From Gemmatimonadales bacterium (GTDB lineage: Bacteria; Gemmatimonadota; Gemmatimonadetes; Gemmatimonadales; GWC2-71-9), in contig JBBQFH010000041.1 in assembly GCA_038321865.1 (NCBI GenBank), positions 1 to 19,318 on the forward strand: a DNA stretch of 19,318 nucleotides, written 5' to 3'. The position numbers were made by a program, and so were the translations under genes. This document shows, in pieces, positions 17,553 to 19,318 of the stretch. Below the pieces are notes generated by a model. It saw only the letters and a program-made list of their open reading frames with translations. It did no database searches and was not told where the DNA came from. How positions within the stretch are numbered: position 1 is the first letter of the stretch; the number at the start of each line of letters is the position of its first letter.

Positions 17553-18643
17553 GCGGTGAGCGCACGGAGCAGGGCGCATCGATGTTCGTGACCAAGCCGC
17601 TCGTCCGGGACCGCCGGATCCGCTTTGCTCTGGTCGGCTGCGGCCGTATCTCGGCCAACCACTTCGATGCTCTCGCCAAGCACGCCGAGCGCGCCGAGTT
17701 GACGGCGGTCTGTGACATCGATCCGGCGGCACTCGAGCGGGCCGTCGCGCGGACCGGCGCCGCCGGCTTCCGCTCGCTGGAGCGGCTGCTGAGTGGCTCG
17801 GACCCCGACATCGTGATCCTGGCGACCCCGAGCGGCCTCCATGCCGAGCAGGCGATTGCGGTGGCCGCGGCCGGCCGCCACGTCATGACGGAAAAGCCGA
17901 TGGCCACCCGCTGGCAGGACGGGAAGCGGATGGTGCACGCCTGCGACCAGGCCGGCGTGCACCTGTTCGTGGTGAAACAGAACCGGCGGAACGCCACGCT
18001 CCAGCTGCTCAAGCGCGCGGTGGACAAGGGACGTTTCGGCCGCATCCACATGGTGAACATCAACGTCTTCTGGAATCGGCCACAGTCGTACTACGAGAGT
18101 GCCCCGTGGCGCGGCACCTGGGAGTTCGACGGCGGCGCGTTCATGAACCAGGCGAGTCACTACGTGGACCTGCTGGACTGGCTGATCGGCCCGGTGGAGA
18201 GCGTGCAGGCGTACACGGCAACCCTGGCCCGGAATATTCAGGTGGAGGACAGTGGCGTCGTGAGTATCCGGTGGCGCACCGGTGCACTCGGATCAATGAA
18301 CGTGACGATGCTGACCTATCCCCGGAATCTCGAGGGATCGATCACCGTCATCGGCGAACGCGGCACGGTCCGGCTCGGCGGTGTCGCCGTGAACAAGTTC
18401 GAGCACTGGGAGTTCGCCGAGCCGGACGACGACGACGCGCTGGTGGAGGGCGCGAGCTACGAGACCACGTCGGTCTATGGGTTCGGTCACCCGCTGTATT
18501 ACGACAACGTAATCAAGTCGCTTCGGGGCGAGACCGCGCCGGAGACCGATGGGCGCGAGGGACTTCGGTCGCTGGAGATTCTCGTCGCCACCTACCTATC
18601 CGCGCGCGATGGACGTCGAGTCGCGCTGCCGCTGGAGTATTGA
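17549..18643 (+). CDS. Gfo/Idh/MocA oxidoreductase, WbpB/WlbA-like (UDP-GlcNAcA 3-dehydrogenase)
   Basis: VGCGRIS, ATPSGLH, EKPMA, VVKQNRRN, WRGTWEFDGGAFMNQASHYVD, SVYGFGH. ATGA overlap with the upstream gene (alternative ATG at 17582). Confidence 0.88.
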   Translation: MSGERTEQGASMFVTKPLVRDRRIRFALVGCGRISANHFDALAKHAERAELTAVCDIDPAALERAVARTGAAGFRSLERLLSGSDPDIVILATPSGLHAEQAIAVAAAGRHVMTEKPMATRWQDGKRMVHACDQAGVHLFVVKQNRRNATLQLLKRAVDKGRFGRIHMVNINVFWNRPQSYYESAPWRGTWEFDGGAFMNQASHYVDLLDWLIGPVESVQAYTATLARNIQVEDSGVVSIRWRTGALGSMNVTMLTYPRNLEGSITVIGERGTVRLGGVAVNKFEHWEFAEPDDDDALVEGASYETTSVYGFGHPLYYDNVIKSLRGETAPETDGREGLRSLEILVATYLSARDGRRVALPLEY

Positions 18644-18644
18644 C

Positions 18645-19318
18645 ATGACGGTTGCGCAGGAACTGATCGGAAAGGCCGAGCGCCGCGAGGCGCTGTTCGG
18701 CATCGTCGGCCTCGGCTACGTCGGACTGCCGCTGGCCGTGGAGCTCGCCAAGGCGGGTTATCGTGTCCTTGGCTACGATATCAGCGAGAAGGTCGTCGCC
18801 GGGCTCAACGCCGGCCACTCGCATATCAAGGACGTGAAGGACGAGGACTTTGCCGAGGTGATGCGGCTCGGTCGCTTCGAGGCGACGACGGATCCACTGC
18901 GCCTGGGCGAGGCCGACGCGATCTCCATCTGTGTCCCGACGCCGCTCTCGAAGTTCAAGGACCCGGACGTGAGCTTCATCGTCGCCGCGACCGAGGCGGT
19001 GAAGAAGACGCTCAGGCGCGGCCAGGCGATCATCCTCGAGAGCACCACGTATCCGGGTACCACTCGCGAAATCATGCTCCCCGCGCTCGAGAGCACCGGG
19101 CTCGAGGTCGGGAATGACTTTTTCCTTGCATTCAGCCCCGAGCGGGTCGATCCGGGCAACCCGAAGTACGGCACCCGCAATACTCCCAAAGTGGTCGGCG
19201 GCATCACGCCTGACTGCGTCCGGGTCGCCGCCGCGCTCTACCAGCCGGCCATCGACACTTTGGTCCAGGTCTCCACGACGGAGGCCGCCGAGCTGGTCAA
19301 GCTGCTGGAGAACACGTT
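18645..19318 (+). CDS. Nucleotide-sugar 6-dehydrogenase, WbpA-like (UDP-GlcNAc 6-dehydrogenase family); 3' end outside the window, not in ORF track
   Basis: Manual translation MTVAQELIGKAERREALFGIVGLGYVGLPLA..., then ICVPTP, ILESTTYPGTT, AFSPERVDPGN, PKVVGG, AELVKLLENT. Frame is open to the window end. Confidence 0.92.
   Translation, partial: MTVAQELIGKAERREALFGIVGLGYVGLPLAVELAKAGYRVLGYDISEKVVAGLNAGHSHIKDVKDEDFAEVMRLGRFEATTDPLRLGEADAISICVPTPLSKFKDPDVSFIVAATEAVKKTLRRGQAIILESTTYPGTTREIMLPALESTGLEVGNDFFLAFSPERVDPGNPKYGTRNTPKVVGGITPDCVRVAAALYQPAIDTLVQVSTTEAAELVKLLENT

Noticed and set aside
1..19318. CRISPR arrays, IS elements, tandem repeats, riboswitches, defence or toxin-antitoxin genes
   Set aside because: None seen by eye. 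Nearly all sequence is accounted for by recognisable genes and every intergenic gap is under about 100 bp. An Rfam/Infernal scan would be needed to exclude small RNAs formally.

Overview
High-GC bacterial chromosomal window made almost entirely of densely packed core genes. It comes from a diderm (lipoprotein, periplasmic amidase). RpoA and MurB motifs suggest Gemmatimonadota, but this is an unverified impression. Gene order: 5'-truncated MoeB/MoeZ (ThiF + rhodanese) > < tRNA-Leu(CAG) | divergent promoters | smpB - N-acetylmuramoyl-L-alanine amidase - TPR lipoprotein - pyrD - pyrF - exported hypothetical > promoter > rpmJ-rpsM-rpsK-rpsD-rpoA-rplQ > bidirectional terminator < rpmB | gmd - rmd-like - carB - murB - wbpD - wbpE - wbpB - wbpA-like (3'-truncated). 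rpmJ, the tRNA and the final dehydrogenase are missing from the supplied ORF track. I see no mobile element, CRISPR array, defence system or long repeat, and I cannot support a clearly novel system. The best leads are: (i) a translationally coupled amidase + TPR lipoprotein pair; (ii) carB and murB embedded, with overlapping junctions, between GDP-6-deoxyhexose and UDP-diacetamido-uronic acid genes; (iii) an rpmJ-led alpha operon detached from the spc operon with its own promoter.
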